A program made the translations under genes and the position numbers. This document shows positions 6,733 to 17,697 of a DNA stretch of 64,000 nucleotides, one piece after another. This stretch comes from a virus, in IMG/VR virus record IMGVR_UViG_3300018080_000149, positions 1-64,000 of that record; one strand, 5' to 3'. Below the pieces are notes generated by a model, which was not told the origin of the DNA, did no database searches, and saw only the letters and a program-made list of their open reading frames with translations. Position 1 is the first letter of the stretch. Each line of letters begins with the position of its first letter.

Positions 6733-8193
6733 TCAGGCTAGCTGGGTGTAGTATTGCGGATTGACTTCGAGGTCCGTCGCGTTTACGGCTGTACCTACGA
6801 ACACGATATGGTCCCCGGAAAGGAACGAACTCGTGCCTTGAACCAATCCCCCGTTGCGTCCGACGAAGAACCGCTGACCAACCGTCGCGCCGACAAGAAC
6901 ACCTGCCGCGACACCACGACGAACAACCTTACCAGACGCTCCAGATCCAATACCACCGGACTCTACAACGACGCCGAAGCAGTCGACACGAGCGCCAACA
7001 GAACCTTGACACTCGCGGATACGATCATTTGTAGTGCCCCACTCAATGGGATCACCAAGAGCGAGAGCTTCCTGGGCGGTGAGAGTCTCTTCGAGACGAA
7101 TGGCCGTTGTCGAGCCAAGCACTTCCAGCTCGTTAGAGCCGTTGATCTGGATCGTTGAATCGTCAGTACGAACATGGAGACCGGCTGTGAGTACGTCTAC
7201 CGCACCAGCCGGATCGGGGAGAACCGCCAGCTTACCAGCGTCCGCTCCCGAACCGAACTGAAGACCAGGCTCAATCACTGCGCCTGTTGCTAGGTCAACA
7301 TCAAGGTCGCCAGGGCCAGCGTTCGCGACGAGACCGTCACCAGCGTTGACTGCGACACCATTGGCGTCGACAGTGATACCGTTGTACCCTTTGACGCCGA
7401 CACCATTGGCCGTTACCTCGATACCGTTATGCGGATCAACAGCGAGCTTCCCAAGGTCGGCTCCCGTACCAAACTGGAGACCGGGCTGTACCACAGCGCC
7501 AGTTGCAAGATCAACACTGACCTCCCTGTCGCCAGAGATAGCGATACCATCGCCACCAGTGTAAAGACCCTCGCCACCGTACTGCGACCACTCGATAGCT
7601 GTTGTATCAACAGTAATAGGATCAGGAGTGATAACAACCCAAGCCGTCTCAGCCAGCGTGTTACCTTCCGTAACCCAGCAGTGAGCACCGGAGGTAACTT
7701 CAGCGTCAGCGTCAAAGTCCGTAGCACGCGTCAGACGCCAGGGAGTACCGGCGTCACCGACAGTCGTAACCGTGTAGATTCCGTGGTCGACGTCTGCCCC
7801 ACCAGCGTTTTCGCTCTTGACCAGAATCCGATCACCGACGGACGGTGTTACGCCGTCGACCGAGAGAGCACCATTCGCGTCGGCTTCGAGGTATGCACCA
7901 ACGCCAGAGCCGGTCTTTGTGTAAGCGTCCAAGGCCGCCGCTGTCGCGAAGCGACAAGACGCCTTCGGGTCGAGGCCACTAGCGATGGCATCGACATACG
8001 CCTTTGACGCGGCTTCGTCAGCGTTTGTTGGTGTTGTGGGGAGACCGTTGATCGTGCCACCACCAGTAAGGTCGATGTCACCACCACCAGTGACTTCCAG
8101 TCCCCCGATCTGGATGTCGTCTGATGTTGCCATCTCCTTAGGACCAGGAGGATCTCCAGCGATGTTGTAGTAAAGCGGCTTTACAGTAGCCAT
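6733..8193 (-). CDS. fibre / head-decoration-like structural protein
   Basis: AASKAYVD, DRILVK...GIY...LTRATDFD motifs; Gly-rich GDGI/GNGI repeats; internal duplication VDLATGAV.PGLQFG.GAD.GKLAV. Confidence 0.7.
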   Translation of the reverse strand: MATVKPLYYNIAGDPPGPKEMATSDDIQIGGLEVTGGGDIDLTGGGTINGLPTTPTNADEAASKAYVDAIASGLDPKASCRFATAAALDAYTKTGSGVGAYLEADANGALSVDGVTPSVGDRILVKSENAGGADVDHGIYTVTTVGDAGTPWRLTRATDFDADAEVTSGAHCWVTEGNTLAETAWVVITPDPITVDTTAIEWSQYGGEGLYTGGDGIAISGDREVSVDLATGAVVQPGLQFGTGADLGKLAVDPHNGIEVTANGVGVKGYNGITVDANGVAVNAGDGLVANAGPGDLDVDLATGAVIEPGLQFGSGADAGKLAVLPDPAGAVDVLTAGLHVRTDDSTIQINGSNELEVLGSTTAIRLEETLTAQEALALGDPIEWGTTNDRIRECQGSVGARVDCFGVVVESGGIGSGASGKVVRRGVAAGVLVGATVGQRFFVGRNGGLVQGTSSFLSGDHIVFVGTAVNATDLEVNPQYYTQLA

Positions 8194-8199
8194 GAGGGA

Positions 8200-8652
8200 T
8201 TACTCTTCCTTCTGCGGCCCCGTGTTTTCGTCATCTCCCTTTTGGGAGTCTACGGGGTGAATAAGTTGGATAATGCCCGTATCGGATTCGTAGCCGTGGT
8301 GGTAGAGGAAGTTGACGTCGTACTTTCGCCCAATCCTCATGAGAAGATCTTGATGCTCGATAGCGTGACGCTTGTGTTCAGCCGCCTTTTCATGGCCTTG
8401 TTCCCGAAGGCCACGAATTCGAGCAGCGTAGATCATCTCATCCTTGTCCGCTTGGAGTTTGAGAGCTGTCGAATCCGACATAAGCTTGTCCCGCTTGATA
8501 CGACTTGCCTCTAATTCAAGGAGATCCATCTTAGAAAGATGGAGCCTCCCATCCTTATCCCGCCAAGGCTTTGTCACGTCTTTCGGCGGATTCTCTTGCA
8601 TCGGAATCTTCGGCTTCTTTCCCTTGGAAGGGGTTTTCTTCTTTGCGACCAT
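8200..8652 (-). CDS. hypothetical protein
   Basis: 150-aa ORF in the operon. Confidence 0.6.
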   Translation of the reverse strand: MVAKKKTPSKGKKPKIPMQENPPKDVTKPWRDKDGRLHLSKMDLLELEASRIKRDKLMSDSTALKLQADKDEMIYAARIRGLREQGHEKAAEHKRHAIEHQDLLMRIGRKYDVNFLYHHGYESDTGIIQLIHPVDSQKGDDENTGPQKEE

Positions 8653-8662
8653 GTTATTCCCC

Positions 8663-9484
8663 TCAAACGAGTGTATAAATCATGTACTGTGGTTGAACCC
8701 AGAACTTATTTGTTGACAACGCCACGCCAACAGTCTGCGCGTATCTTGTTCCTGGACCAGCGGGAGGCGTAAGCGCTACACCGCCAGTAGCGGTAACAAA
8801 GTAATACTTGCCAGGCGTCAGACCAGACAGTAGCGAAGTTTCGCCAAGTGACCGAATTACACACTCTGTAGCGGAAGACTTCGAGACTATCATACCGACA
8901 ACAGGCATCTTACTATTAGCTGTCGCGTCAGCCCTAGCAACCTGTGGTTTACCACCAATGTCGGGGCCTGTGATATAAATCAGATCGCCTGCATTGTCTG
9001 AGGCTGTACAATTGGCGTCCTGTGTCAAGTCGGATGGGATGGGTGACGGAGACCCACCCCCGTCACCCGTTGACAATAAAGACGCAGCTACGGCGCGGAA
9101 AGCCAGCCTGACACTAGTAGGGCTTCCAGTGACGGCTGAGACGATTACGCACAGTCGTTTGGCCCCTAGACCGGCTTGTAGTACGTGAAGAGAGTCAATC
9201 GTATTGACGTCTATCTCTTGTAGAAGTTGCCACGGCGTAAGTAGGTCAGTCTCCTCGGGATAGTATCCGTAGACCTGGAGAGTAGCCGTTGGGTCTGTAC
9301 CACCCTCGAAATCCACAAGAGCCAGCACCGCAGGGGGAGACACGGCGATACCCGAGGATAGTGTCCTGACCACATCGAACCCATCGGTGGAGAGCGTAGG
9401 CACCGACTCTGGTATTGAGCCGAAGGCTACGCTTCTCCCTCCGATGTGGATACCGTGGTTCAGAAAGTGTGCGGGCCAACCCAT
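8663..9484 (-). CDS. structural protein with capsid-cement-like C-terminal domain
   Basis: C-terminal ADATA...VVGMI...GLTPGKYYF...VGVALS resembles the C-terminus of 6733..8193. Confidence 0.55.
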   Translation of the reverse strand: MGWPAHFLNHGIHIGGRSVAFGSIPESVPTLSTDGFDVVRTLSSGIAVSPPAVLALVDFEGGTDPTATLQVYGYYPEETDLLTPWQLLQEIDVNTIDSLHVLQAGLGAKRLCVIVSAVTGSPTSVRLAFRAVAASLLSTGDGGGSPSPIPSDLTQDANCTASDNAGDLIYITGPDIGGKPQVARADATANSKMPVVGMIVSKSSATECVIRSLGETSLLSGLTPGKYYFVTATGGVALTPPAGPGTRYAQTVGVALSTNKFWVQPQYMIYTLV

Positions 9485-9489
9485 TCAAG

Positions 9490-9882
9490 CTAGTCCTTTG
9501 TGATCCGCGTGGCTCGTAGCGTAGCGGTCTCCCCCGCATCGCACATGTGGTGAAGGAACTTGAGGTCCGGCGGGTGACCCCCGCCGATACCGCTACTGAC
9601 ATTCTTGACGTCTCGGAGACCAATCTGGACGAAAACAGCACTGTTCTCCTGTGAGCCAAAAGGAAATAGAGGCATTTCCTTGATGGTCATCGTGAACGTA
9701 CCGCCAGAGCCTTCGCGGTGCATACGAACAAACGCGATGTTTGGTCCCATGTTCTGAATTATGTACAAACCTGGTGTGAAGAACTCTTGCACAGCGGCGG
9801 AGTCCGACACAGAGATGTCTAGCGAAGGGCCAATTGTTGGCCGCTTGTACAGGAACATCGTATTGACAATGTCTGAAAGCAA
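9490..9882 (-). CDS. hypothetical protein
   Basis: 130 aa, TTG start with GGAGG SD. Confidence 0.6.
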   Translation of the reverse strand: MLSDIVNTMFLYKRPTIGPSLDISVSDSAAVQEFFTPGLYIIQNMGPNIAFVRMHREGSGGTFTMTIKEMPLFPFGSQENSAVFVQIGLRDVKNVSSGIGGGHPPDLKFLHHMCDAGETATLRATRITKD

Positions 9883-9908
9883 CTTATCCTCCTGTGATCG
9901 GACTCAGA

Positions 9909-11510
9909 TCACGTCCCATAGACGTGAGAAGCTTCATTGATGAGAGTACGTACTCGGCAAATCTCTGGGCTACAGATATTACCAAGGTTACCCTGACCCG
10001 CCACATTTGTGTCCGTGACACGGAAAACGACCCAATACGCGTATGCGTCGTTATCGACAAATATCATTGGGTCACCGCTATAGTTGTCGTGAAACAGTAA
10101 ATCGTGGCGTGTACTGGCTGCGAGCGAGAAGAATTGTTTGGTTCCGCTAGGGGCTGAGAATCCTCCACCGCCCACAGCTTGACGCATTACAGCGCCTTCA
10201 ATTCCCAAGTCAGCCGCGTTCACCCAGTTACCTGTCATGAAGAATTGAACGTAGACTTGATAGATACCGCACTTGTCCAGGACCTTTATAGGTACGCAGA
10301 CATAGGGGCTGTCAAGAGCCCCAGACGTGTTCCACCAAATGTCCAGAGTTTGCTGACCCTGTACGCCAGAAAAGACTCGTGTGTTCCAGCCCCACTCATT
10401 CACGTTCACCGAGGGTGCAGAACCGACAGTCCACGGGTCTTGTGGCCCATCAGGCCGGAAGTCGCAAGCTGGTACAGAGTACGGCTTTATGATAACGCTT
10501 GGGCTGGATGGACCCAACCCTGACGTTCCGTAAAGGTGGCCTTTACCGTTGGATGGGTCAGCGTCTTCAGCGTAAACACCCCTTGCCATGAAGTCACGAA
10601 GGGCCGCAAGGGAAGACATTGTGTTCACACCGACGGTCACAACATCGTTGATCTGCCGAATGAAAACGTCTGACAAGCCACCAGTTGGATCTCCGAAACG
10701 TACACCACCACCAGCAGAGTTCGAGGAGTCGCCCTCCTCGAAACAGCCGTCTGTCAAAGGGTCATCGTTCCATTCACGCGACAACGCGCCAGCGCCAAAC
10801 CTCATACGCTTCGCTATTTGTCGCAGACCAGCCAACCATTCAAACACGCCAATGGGTGTAACATCTGAGTATGGCGGAACAGCCGCCCACGACAGAATGT
10901 CCCGCATAGGGTACTGTTCGTAAACATACAAAAGTGTTATGTCATCGGTCCCATTGGTCTGAAATACAGCTACGTCAACCCAACCAGCGTCACGCAAAGT
11001 AGCGTCAGAATCAGCCGAGGTTGTACTGTCCTGGACCTCGTAATCGTCAATTGTCCTGGTATCAACTGTTTGCGTAGTCTTACCAGAACCAGTTGTGTAG
11101 AACTTCCTCGGCTCAGATGTATCGTTAGTTGCGACGCGTCGAATTTGCACGTACCTGTCTACGCTACCAGGTGCCGCTACTACGGTTAGATCGCGATATG
11201 TAGGCGAGTTCGGCCCCCCTACACGCTCGCCATCTTTATCGTAAACGGCAGCTTCAAATGTAACACCTCCGACGCTAAACTCTCGATTCACTCTGAGCGT
11301 CAGAGATGGAGCCCCCTGTTTTATAGGCAGATACGGATAGGCGATCAAGGGAGCTTTACCGCCCCAGTCACCGGATGATAGGCCGTAGTGGTTTCTCGCC
11401 CCCATGACCAGACGCGCCATGTGGGCAAAGCCATTCTTTATGAATGACTGAAGTCGCGTCATGTCGAGGAGGTCGAAGCGCTGTTGTGCAGTAAGTTTTA
11501 CTTCGTCCAT
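9909..11510 (-). CDS. baseplate/tail-associated protein
   Basis: 533 aa; position downstream of baseplate wedge genes. Confidence 0.55.
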   Translation of the reverse strand: MDEVKLTAQQRFDLLDMTRLQSFIKNGFAHMARLVMGARNHYGLSSGDWGGKAPLIAYPYLPIKQGAPSLTLRVNREFSVGGVTFEAAVYDKDGERVGGPNSPTYRDLTVVAAPGSVDRYVQIRRVATNDTSEPRKFYTTGSGKTTQTVDTRTIDDYEVQDSTTSADSDATLRDAGWVDVAVFQTNGTDDITLLYVYEQYPMRDILSWAAVPPYSDVTPIGVFEWLAGLRQIAKRMRFGAGALSREWNDDPLTDGCFEEGDSSNSAGGGVRFGDPTGGLSDVFIRQINDVVTVGVNTMSSLAALRDFMARGVYAEDADPSNGKGHLYGTSGLGPSSPSVIIKPYSVPACDFRPDGPQDPWTVGSAPSVNVNEWGWNTRVFSGVQGQQTLDIWWNTSGALDSPYVCVPIKVLDKCGIYQVYVQFFMTGNWVNAADLGIEGAVMRQAVGGGGFSAPSGTKQFFSLAASTRHDLLFHDNYSGDPMIFVDNDAYAYWVVFRVTDTNVAGQGNLGNICSPEICRVRTLINEASHVYGT

Positions 11511-11516
11511 CTCTCC

Positions 11517-13226
11517 TCACAAGAGCGCGGTGTCGAGTAACAGAACCCCACACCCCGCCGGTAATGCCTTATCGAGACCCGGAGGGCGCTGTATGTAGCT
11601 CCGGTATGTTGTGTCGACGTTCACCCCATCGTACAATGGTGGCGGTATCTCTGGTGCTGGTGTACCTAGAAGCGACACTATTGGACCACTCAGTACAATC
11701 GGATACGGCCAACCAACAGGGTCTTCCGTGAAGTCTGCCAGAAAGTAGTCACCGTAAAAGCCATCATCTACAGCGTCGTCCCTGTAGTAGGTCTCCTCTA
11801 GGATATCTATGGGCATACCATCAGGCCACGAAATGTGGTCTATCCAGGTCTCCCATGGCTCAACAGGAGGGCTCGTGATCCAACTAAGATCACCGATCTG
11901 GTCATCGTTGCTGAACCAAACTGTAACACAGCCTGGCCACCTTGGGTCTTCACCAACGACGATGTGTACCCAAAGCTGCGGGTATATGTATCTGATAGCC
12001 TCATATACAGTACCCGTAACGCCCCTCATGTTGACCGACGTATGGAAGACCATTCTTCGCAAGTTTGTGTCGTTCAGCGTGGGGTTATCGCTTCGTGGCG
12101 ATCCGTGGTCTTGGGCGACATATTCGAGTGGCCGACCACTAGCGCCAAACGCTAGCATATTGATCTCCGCTTTCGATACAAAAGACGTCGCCCAAACGTC
12201 CTCCACAATATCGCCCTCATCGTGACTTGAGAGTTGCGACATTAGCTGAGCCCTACCGTAGATAACCGCCTGACGTGTGTCGATATCAAGCTCATCGTAT
12301 GCGATAATCTCGTTACCGATACGAATCAGGCTCTTTCTAGGTAAGTAGATAGCCAGAATAGCTGCACCTTTTGGGGGAGCCTCAACCATCATTATCTGTC
12401 GGTCATGTCCCTTGTTTGGGGCATACCAACGAACGCTGTCTACGATACCCTCATCAGCAGTCTCCGCTCTACCAGAGGCTACGACTAGGACACACTCGAA
12501 AGTGTGAAACGGAAGTGTCGCCCGGAACAGTCTGTTTGAACCATCACAGGCACCCCACAACTTATCTACGTGGTAGGGAACCAGTCCGTCTTTGAATGTT
12601 AGTGGGTCGCCGATACCAGGCACAGTAACAGGCGGCGACGAAAAGCCAGCCGGGCTAAAGGTCGTGACCGTCATGGGTTCGTCTGGCCCAGGTAAGGCCG
12701 AGCCGAGATTGCTGATCAGACCACCGGAGAGAAGCTCATTGACCTTACCGATCATGTGAGCTGTGCTGTAGTTCAATGGTTGAATCTCGGTAAACGCGAC
12801 GCGGCCAAGTCTACCAAGCTCGTTGAACGTTTCCCCTGTACGCACACCATCCTGTGACCAGTAAGTGATCGTTTTCAGATCATCAATGACCGTAGAAATG
12901 GTAGCGCTGCCCGTTAGATTGTTACCATCAAAGTCAAGAATGTTGGCCAGTCCCGAGGCTGACATACCGGCCAACAAAGGACCGGATGCTATGACCTCAC
13001 TTGTCACTACGTAGACGCTCTCTGGGGAACCGCCATTCTCTGACACAGGGTCTAGCGGGTTCCATTCTTGCGCCTGAGCGTATGGTAGAAACACATACGC
13101 TACTGTATAGCCAGGGACAGCGTAACTTGCTAAGTCTCGAAGAGTTGTGTCGTTCCTCAATGAATTGTCAAACGTCAGCTTGACACACGCTGGAGAGACG
13201 TGCTCTGTTGAGATGAGTTGTGTCAT
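11517..13226 (-). CDS. baseplate wedge-associated protein
   Basis: 569 aa; follows the baseplate J-like gene. Confidence 0.55.
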   Translation of the reverse strand: MTQLISTEHVSPACVKLTFDNSLRNDTTLRDLASYAVPGYTVAYVFLPYAQAQEWNPLDPVSENGGSPESVYVVTSEVIASGPLLAGMSASGLANILDFDGNNLTGSATISTVIDDLKTITYWSQDGVRTGETFNELGRLGRVAFTEIQPLNYSTAHMIGKVNELLSGGLISNLGSALPGPDEPMTVTTFSPAGFSSPPVTVPGIGDPLTFKDGLVPYHVDKLWGACDGSNRLFRATLPFHTFECVLVVASGRAETADEGIVDSVRWYAPNKGHDRQIMMVEAPPKGAAILAIYLPRKSLIRIGNEIIAYDELDIDTRQAVIYGRAQLMSQLSSHDEGDIVEDVWATSFVSKAEINMLAFGASGRPLEYVAQDHGSPRSDNPTLNDTNLRRMVFHTSVNMRGVTGTVYEAIRYIYPQLWVHIVVGEDPRWPGCVTVWFSNDDQIGDLSWITSPPVEPWETWIDHISWPDGMPIDILEETYYRDDAVDDGFYGDYFLADFTEDPVGWPYPIVLSGPIVSLLGTPAPEIPPPLYDGVNVDTTYRSYIQRPPGLDKALPAGCGVLLLDTALL

Positions 13227-13233
13227 ACATCAC

Positions 13234-14673
13234 CTACAGCGCGATTGTTGACACATCAGCTCGAACAACGCCGAACTTGTTAGACGGGGGCACATCATCC
13301 TGGCCACCGTCGAGGAGAAGGTCTGACACGTAATCCAAACCAGGCGTCTTATGAACGATGCCACCAATAACGTCGTACCTAGCTGGATCGCCAATGGCGA
13401 GACCATTCATATACGACGCTGTATTGGCGATTGCCACAGCGCGACCAAAGTTACTGTCCCAACCCTCCTTGAACACAAGAGTGCCGCTAACACTAGGTTT
13501 CACAACAGACGACGGGGGCCTGATCCGAATCGGATACCCAATGGGCCGCCAGCCCTTTATTGCCTCACTCTTGTAAACGCCATTGACCCATCGCGCCGCT
13601 TCCTTGACCAGCCCAGTGTAGAAATTGAACTGACACCGAATGCGCTCATTGTTAGTGACCAGAATGGGAGACGCGAGGGCGATCATGCCTGTATCGCTGT
13701 TCACCCAGTAGTCTACGCCCTCTGTTTGAGGAATCCACGCCGCGCCATTGTATCGCTCCAATTGGGCATTTATACCGTCGTCCCATGGATCAAACGGATA
13801 GTCTGGTACACGAATGTAGATGTGGTAGCTTGTCGCGTCGAACTGCCACCAGTTACCGCCACCATAGCCGTAGGTGGTGGAGTCGATAGCTCCGATTAGT
13901 GTTGAGTCCCCAGACCCATCGTCAATGATTGCGTACACGAGTCCAGTGAAGAGGGGGGAAGGCTCGTCAAACGCCTCAAACAGGCGAGCGGAAGTAACCT
14001 TCTGCCCAGAGGAAAGCTCTACGTTGGTGAGGAGAGACTCGATACCCGCCCACGTACATTCCCCATGGCCTCGCCTTGCAGCTCTAGCTCGGGTCCGTAG
14101 TGGTGGGTCATCCTCCCTTGTGTATCCGCCTCCGGCGTCCGTTGTAGCCTCAAAGTACGCAACTCCAGTAATGGGGTTCCTCAGTGAGAGCTGGCCACCA
14201 GAGGGGATGTTGTTACCCTTTGAACCTGTCTCTGTGCAAGTTAGAAACACCAAGTTTGACTCGGTGTCAGCGGAGGGGATAACAGCCGCCGCCTCTGATC
14301 TGAATGCGATCTCAGACTGTGTAGCTGTAGCCGGTCTAAGAGCTACTGTCATTGGTGGGATTGGAATAGCTGTGCCTATAGCGCCTGAACGCTTGAATCG
14401 GCCAGCGATTCGCGCGGCTTGAGCCGGTAAGCGAAGCGTGTTGTTTTCCAAAACCCTGCGATCGAGTAGCTGTCCACGGAGCCCCTCTAGGCTACCGCCT
14501 TTTATGAGCCGGAGGGATTCCACATTGGCGTTAGCTCCGAACAGCGCCATCACCTGGACGAGTGCCCTATGGAACGTTCTCTCCGTGAACGGGTACTCGA
14601 CGCCTGTCACTGACCGAACAATCGCCACCCCGAGGGCAAACAGATCTTCGTGAGTGTAGGCTTGTACCTTCAT
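13234..14673 (-). CDS. baseplate J/gp47-like wedge protein
   Basis: LDRR...RLPAQAA, CTETGSKGN, GGYTREDDPPLRTR, YMNGLAIGD, PGLDYV motifs. Confidence 0.85.
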   Translation of the reverse strand: MKVQAYTHEDLFALGVAIVRSVTGVEYPFTERTFHRALVQVMALFGANANVESLRLIKGGSLEGLRGQLLDRRVLENNTLRLPAQAARIAGRFKRSGAIGTAIPIPPMTVALRPATATQSEIAFRSEAAAVIPSADTESNLVFLTCTETGSKGNNIPSGGQLSLRNPITGVAYFEATTDAGGGYTREDDPPLRTRARAARRGHGECTWAGIESLLTNVELSSGQKVTSARLFEAFDEPSPLFTGLVYAIIDDGSGDSTLIGAIDSTTYGYGGGNWWQFDATSYHIYIRVPDYPFDPWDDGINAQLERYNGAAWIPQTEGVDYWVNSDTGMIALASPILVTNNERIRCQFNFYTGLVKEAARWVNGVYKSEAIKGWRPIGYPIRIRPPSSVVKPSVSGTLVFKEGWDSNFGRAVAIANTASYMNGLAIGDPARYDVIGGIVHKTPGLDYVSDLLLDGGQDDVPPSNKFGVVRADVSTIAL

Positions 14674-16799
14674 TATGTCCTCAGATATCCCGCTAGTGTG
14701 ACAGCGGAATCGTAGTTCTCAAAGCGCAGCTTTGACGTGTAGTAAACGGCGTCACCACGAAGGTTTACGTTCACGTATTCCACTTGGGCCACACGATCAT
14801 CCTGTAGCAACCACTGATGTAGAATACCTCGCCAGAAATCTAACGTAGCTCGTCCCTTACCCTTGGTTCCAATGCGAATGAGCGGCCCCTGTACTCGGTC
14901 TGGTGTCACCCCACCAGAGCCTTCGAGTACGATAGACATTTCTTGGTTGTAAGCTTGAGCACCAGAGACGTGACCGACGTCAAACACCGAGTAAGTCATA
15001 TCGCCAGTTCGCTCATTGACCTCGACGTCAAACCCAATAAAGGCATCCTGTTGTGTCACGAGGTCATGTACCTCTGTGATACGTAGTATGTTATCCACAA
15101 CCTCAACAGGCATTGTGGAATCCTCCAAAGGGATCTGAATCTGATCACCAGGCTTGGCCTGGTATGGCCCACCAGTGCGAGAAATGTATGGGTACTTCAG
15201 CCCATTCACAAGCGCGATCTCAGCCCATCGACGCCACGACCCTAGAACAGTCGTTGCTATAGAGTAGATGGTATCCGTGAGCCCCACTGTGTAGTTCTTA
15301 TACAGCGGAGAGAATGTATTTGGGTCTCTCATGCCCAAGTACCACTGACGAAAAGCGCCAATGGACGGTGAAATTCTCTCGTCGTGTGTTGTGGCCCAAG
15401 CGTGTACAATCTTAGATGCCATGTGGGAGAGAGTCATTGTCTCCCTAGTCTGTTGACGCCTAACAGCGTGTCGAGTCTCAACCCCTGATATTGGGTCAGT
15501 AACAACTGTTGTTTCGCCAGCAAGTCCAGCCGAGGCTAGCTCATTCTGGCGACCGTCAATCATACCAGCCCCACCAGACCGAGCCACATGGTGGATATCA
15601 CGAGACTCAGCTCCCGCCTGAGCATTGGGTGATTGACTAGGTAACGGCGCGAAGTCAATGGCTCTATATGTCTCCATCATCATACGCAAAGCGTTACCGT
15701 AGTTCTCAAACCCAGCGTCGTCGAGAGGTAGGTTTGATATCTCTCCACCGGATGCGGGGTCTGTTGGGAACAATTCGACCGTGTACCACGCGATATCCTC
15801 CGTCCTGTTCTGTAGAGCGTCTGCGACATTTACAGGCGTTGGAGGAACGTAAAACATCATTGGGCGACCACTACCCGAGGCTATCGGGGCTTGATCTGTA
15901 ATACGCTTCAGTGGCGCGTTATATCCTGCGGAGTACGTATCAGCCAACGCTAGCTGTTCCGCTACCTCGGTTAGCCGCTCCAAAGAGTATGCAGAATTAC
16001 GTCTGATGTGCTCAGACGTTTGGACGAAGCCTTGTAGACCAGCCGTCATAGCTTCCAAGGTATCTGTGATAGGGGCGAACACAGTGCCCACAGTACCAAT
16101 AGCGATATCCTGGTAAAGCTCAGAGGCTAGTAAGAGTACATTGTCGATAGCGTTTTGCCAGTTTTGAATCCTGGAACGCGTATCGTTCATCCACTCGAAC
16201 CAATCACGACGGAAGGAAGCCTGTTGCTCTCCAATTACTTGAAGGTCAATAGAGAAGCCATAAGACAAGGGCCTAGCTGACGTCCTAGTCTTACGAAAAG
16301 ACATAGGAACAACGTGGAAGATTTCTGCGTCTTTTGAATTCAGGAATAACATGGCGTAGCCATGTGGTCTGTTCTGAACGTAACTACCCCACTTCACAAA
16401 AAACGAAGCTAGGGCAACCCAAATGTTATAGCCATCTCCGTAGTTATCAACCTGAGGGACAATACCCCTAGCAGTCGAAGAGATAGCTGACCCTTGGGCT
16501 CCAAGTACCCTTTCGACAATGTCTTCCTTTGGAAACTGGCCTGTAGTGCCGCGAATAGAAATCGTCTTCACCCCCATCGGATTCAGATCAACGTAAAAGC
16601 CGGTCCCCTGGTCAGCTTGGACCACGTTTGGGAACTGCATCATATCGTCAATATCCGTCGGGTTCGGTGTGAAGATAAACTCTTCAACAGGTGGGTCAGC
16701 GATTATTTCGCCCTGCTCCCGCCTCGCTATGACGAGCGAGTATGTACCTTGACGGTAGTAACCACGGGAGTCATGGGCCTTGTCTCGAAGGACTAGCAT
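14673..16799 (-). CDS. baseplate protein with LysM-like and C-terminal gp25-like region
   Basis: YTVGLTDTIYSIA..VLG...RWAEIALVNGLKYPYI (LysM-like); LLQDDRVAQV near the C-terminus. Confidence 0.7.
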   Translation of the reverse strand: MLVLRDKAHDSRGYYRQGTYSLVIARREQGEIIADPPVEEFIFTPNPTDIDDMMQFPNVVQADQGTGFYVDLNPMGVKTISIRGTTGQFPKEDIVERVLGAQGSAISSTARGIVPQVDNYGDGYNIWVALASFFVKWGSYVQNRPHGYAMLFLNSKDAEIFHVVPMSFRKTRTSARPLSYGFSIDLQVIGEQQASFRRDWFEWMNDTRSRIQNWQNAIDNVLLLASELYQDIAIGTVGTVFAPITDTLEAMTAGLQGFVQTSEHIRRNSAYSLERLTEVAEQLALADTYSAGYNAPLKRITDQAPIASGSGRPMMFYVPPTPVNVADALQNRTEDIAWYTVELFPTDPASGGEISNLPLDDAGFENYGNALRMMMETYRAIDFAPLPSQSPNAQAGAESRDIHHVARSGGAGMIDGRQNELASAGLAGETTVVTDPISGVETRHAVRRQQTRETMTLSHMASKIVHAWATTHDERISPSIGAFRQWYLGMRDPNTFSPLYKNYTVGLTDTIYSIATTVLGSWRRWAEIALVNGLKYPYISRTGGPYQAKPGDQIQIPLEDSTMPVEVVDNILRITEVHDLVTQQDAFIGFDVEVNERTGDMTYSVFDVGHVSGAQAYNQEMSIVLEGSGGVTPDRVQGPLIRIGTKGKGRATLDFWRGILHQWLLQDDRVAQVEYVNVNLRGDAVYYTSKLRFENYDSAVTLAGYLRT

Positions 16800-16800
16800 A

Positions 16801-17697
16801 TCACTCCTCTTCGAGCTTGACCTTTTCTGTTAGGTGATTATTTGGCATGTCTGGGATGGATACAGGAACGGGTAATAGCGCCGACCCAGGAGCTACCGGC
16901 TCAGACGTCTCATAAGTACCAACAGAGCTGCCGCTGGTTACTTCGAGACTATGTGTATGATGGACTGGACCACCCTCTAGCACGGGAACATCTTTGTTCA
17001 TCCACTCCTGAAACCGCTCTCCGAGAATGCCTTTTTCCAAAGCCTTACCAGCTTTACCACCTAATTCGATTCGGACATCGCCCGAGGCTCCGTCTTGGGT
17101 TACTTTCAAGAATTGCTCACCATCGACATTGACGGTCAGACTCCGGTCATGAGCCCCGTAGGAATCATTGAAGTCCACCTCCATGTTGCCGTCAGAGTCG
17201 AAGCGAGCGCGTGTCGTGTTGTACGTTGTCGCGAGTACCTCACCGTCCGATGAGCCTGTATGCCATGAAGCGGAGTCAGCCCCACGTATGTGATTGACAC
17301 AGCCTACGATAACAGGGAGCTTGCCCCCGATGTACTGGACGACAACGAGGTCACCGTCACTTTCCATCACGTTTTGCCAATGTCTATTTGGGTCTTGGGC
17401 ATCTGGTCTACCAGACGCCGCCTTTAGTGTGACCTGTTGACCGCCAGCCGTACCTTGGTATGGAACGACTTGCGTTATTCTCTCTAGCGTGACTTGGTAG
17501 CGCGGAACGTAAACGTCGTACTCTGTAACAACACCGTCCCTAGTACCATCATCATCAGGGTAGTATAAACCAATGACCAAGCCTAGCTCTGCGCCAGACC
17601 ACCCACCAGTCCGAGAGCGAGATCGTATCTCAGCTCGCCTACGTACCCAGCTTTGTAGCCTACCACCGTCTTGCCATAGACCATCTCTTCGTGACAT
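16801..17697 (-). CDS. baseplate central spike (gpV/gp45-like)
   Basis: GDLVVVQYIGG..PVIVG OB-fold motif; C-terminal HHTH metal-binding tip motif. Confidence 0.75.
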   Translation of the reverse strand: MSRRDGLWQDGGRLQSWVRRRAEIRSRSRTGGWSGAELGLVIGLYYPDDDGTRDGVVTEYDVYVPRYQVTLERITQVVPYQGTAGGQQVTLKAASGRPDAQDPNRHWQNVMESDGDLVVVQYIGGKLPVIVGCVNHIRGADSASWHTGSSDGEVLATTYNTTRARFDSDGNMEVDFNDSYGAHDRSLTVNVDGEQFLKVTQDGASGDVRIELGGKAGKALEKGILGERFQEWMNKDVPVLEGGPVHHTHSLEVTSGSSVGTYETSEPVAPGSALLPVPVSIPDMPNNHLTEKVKLEEE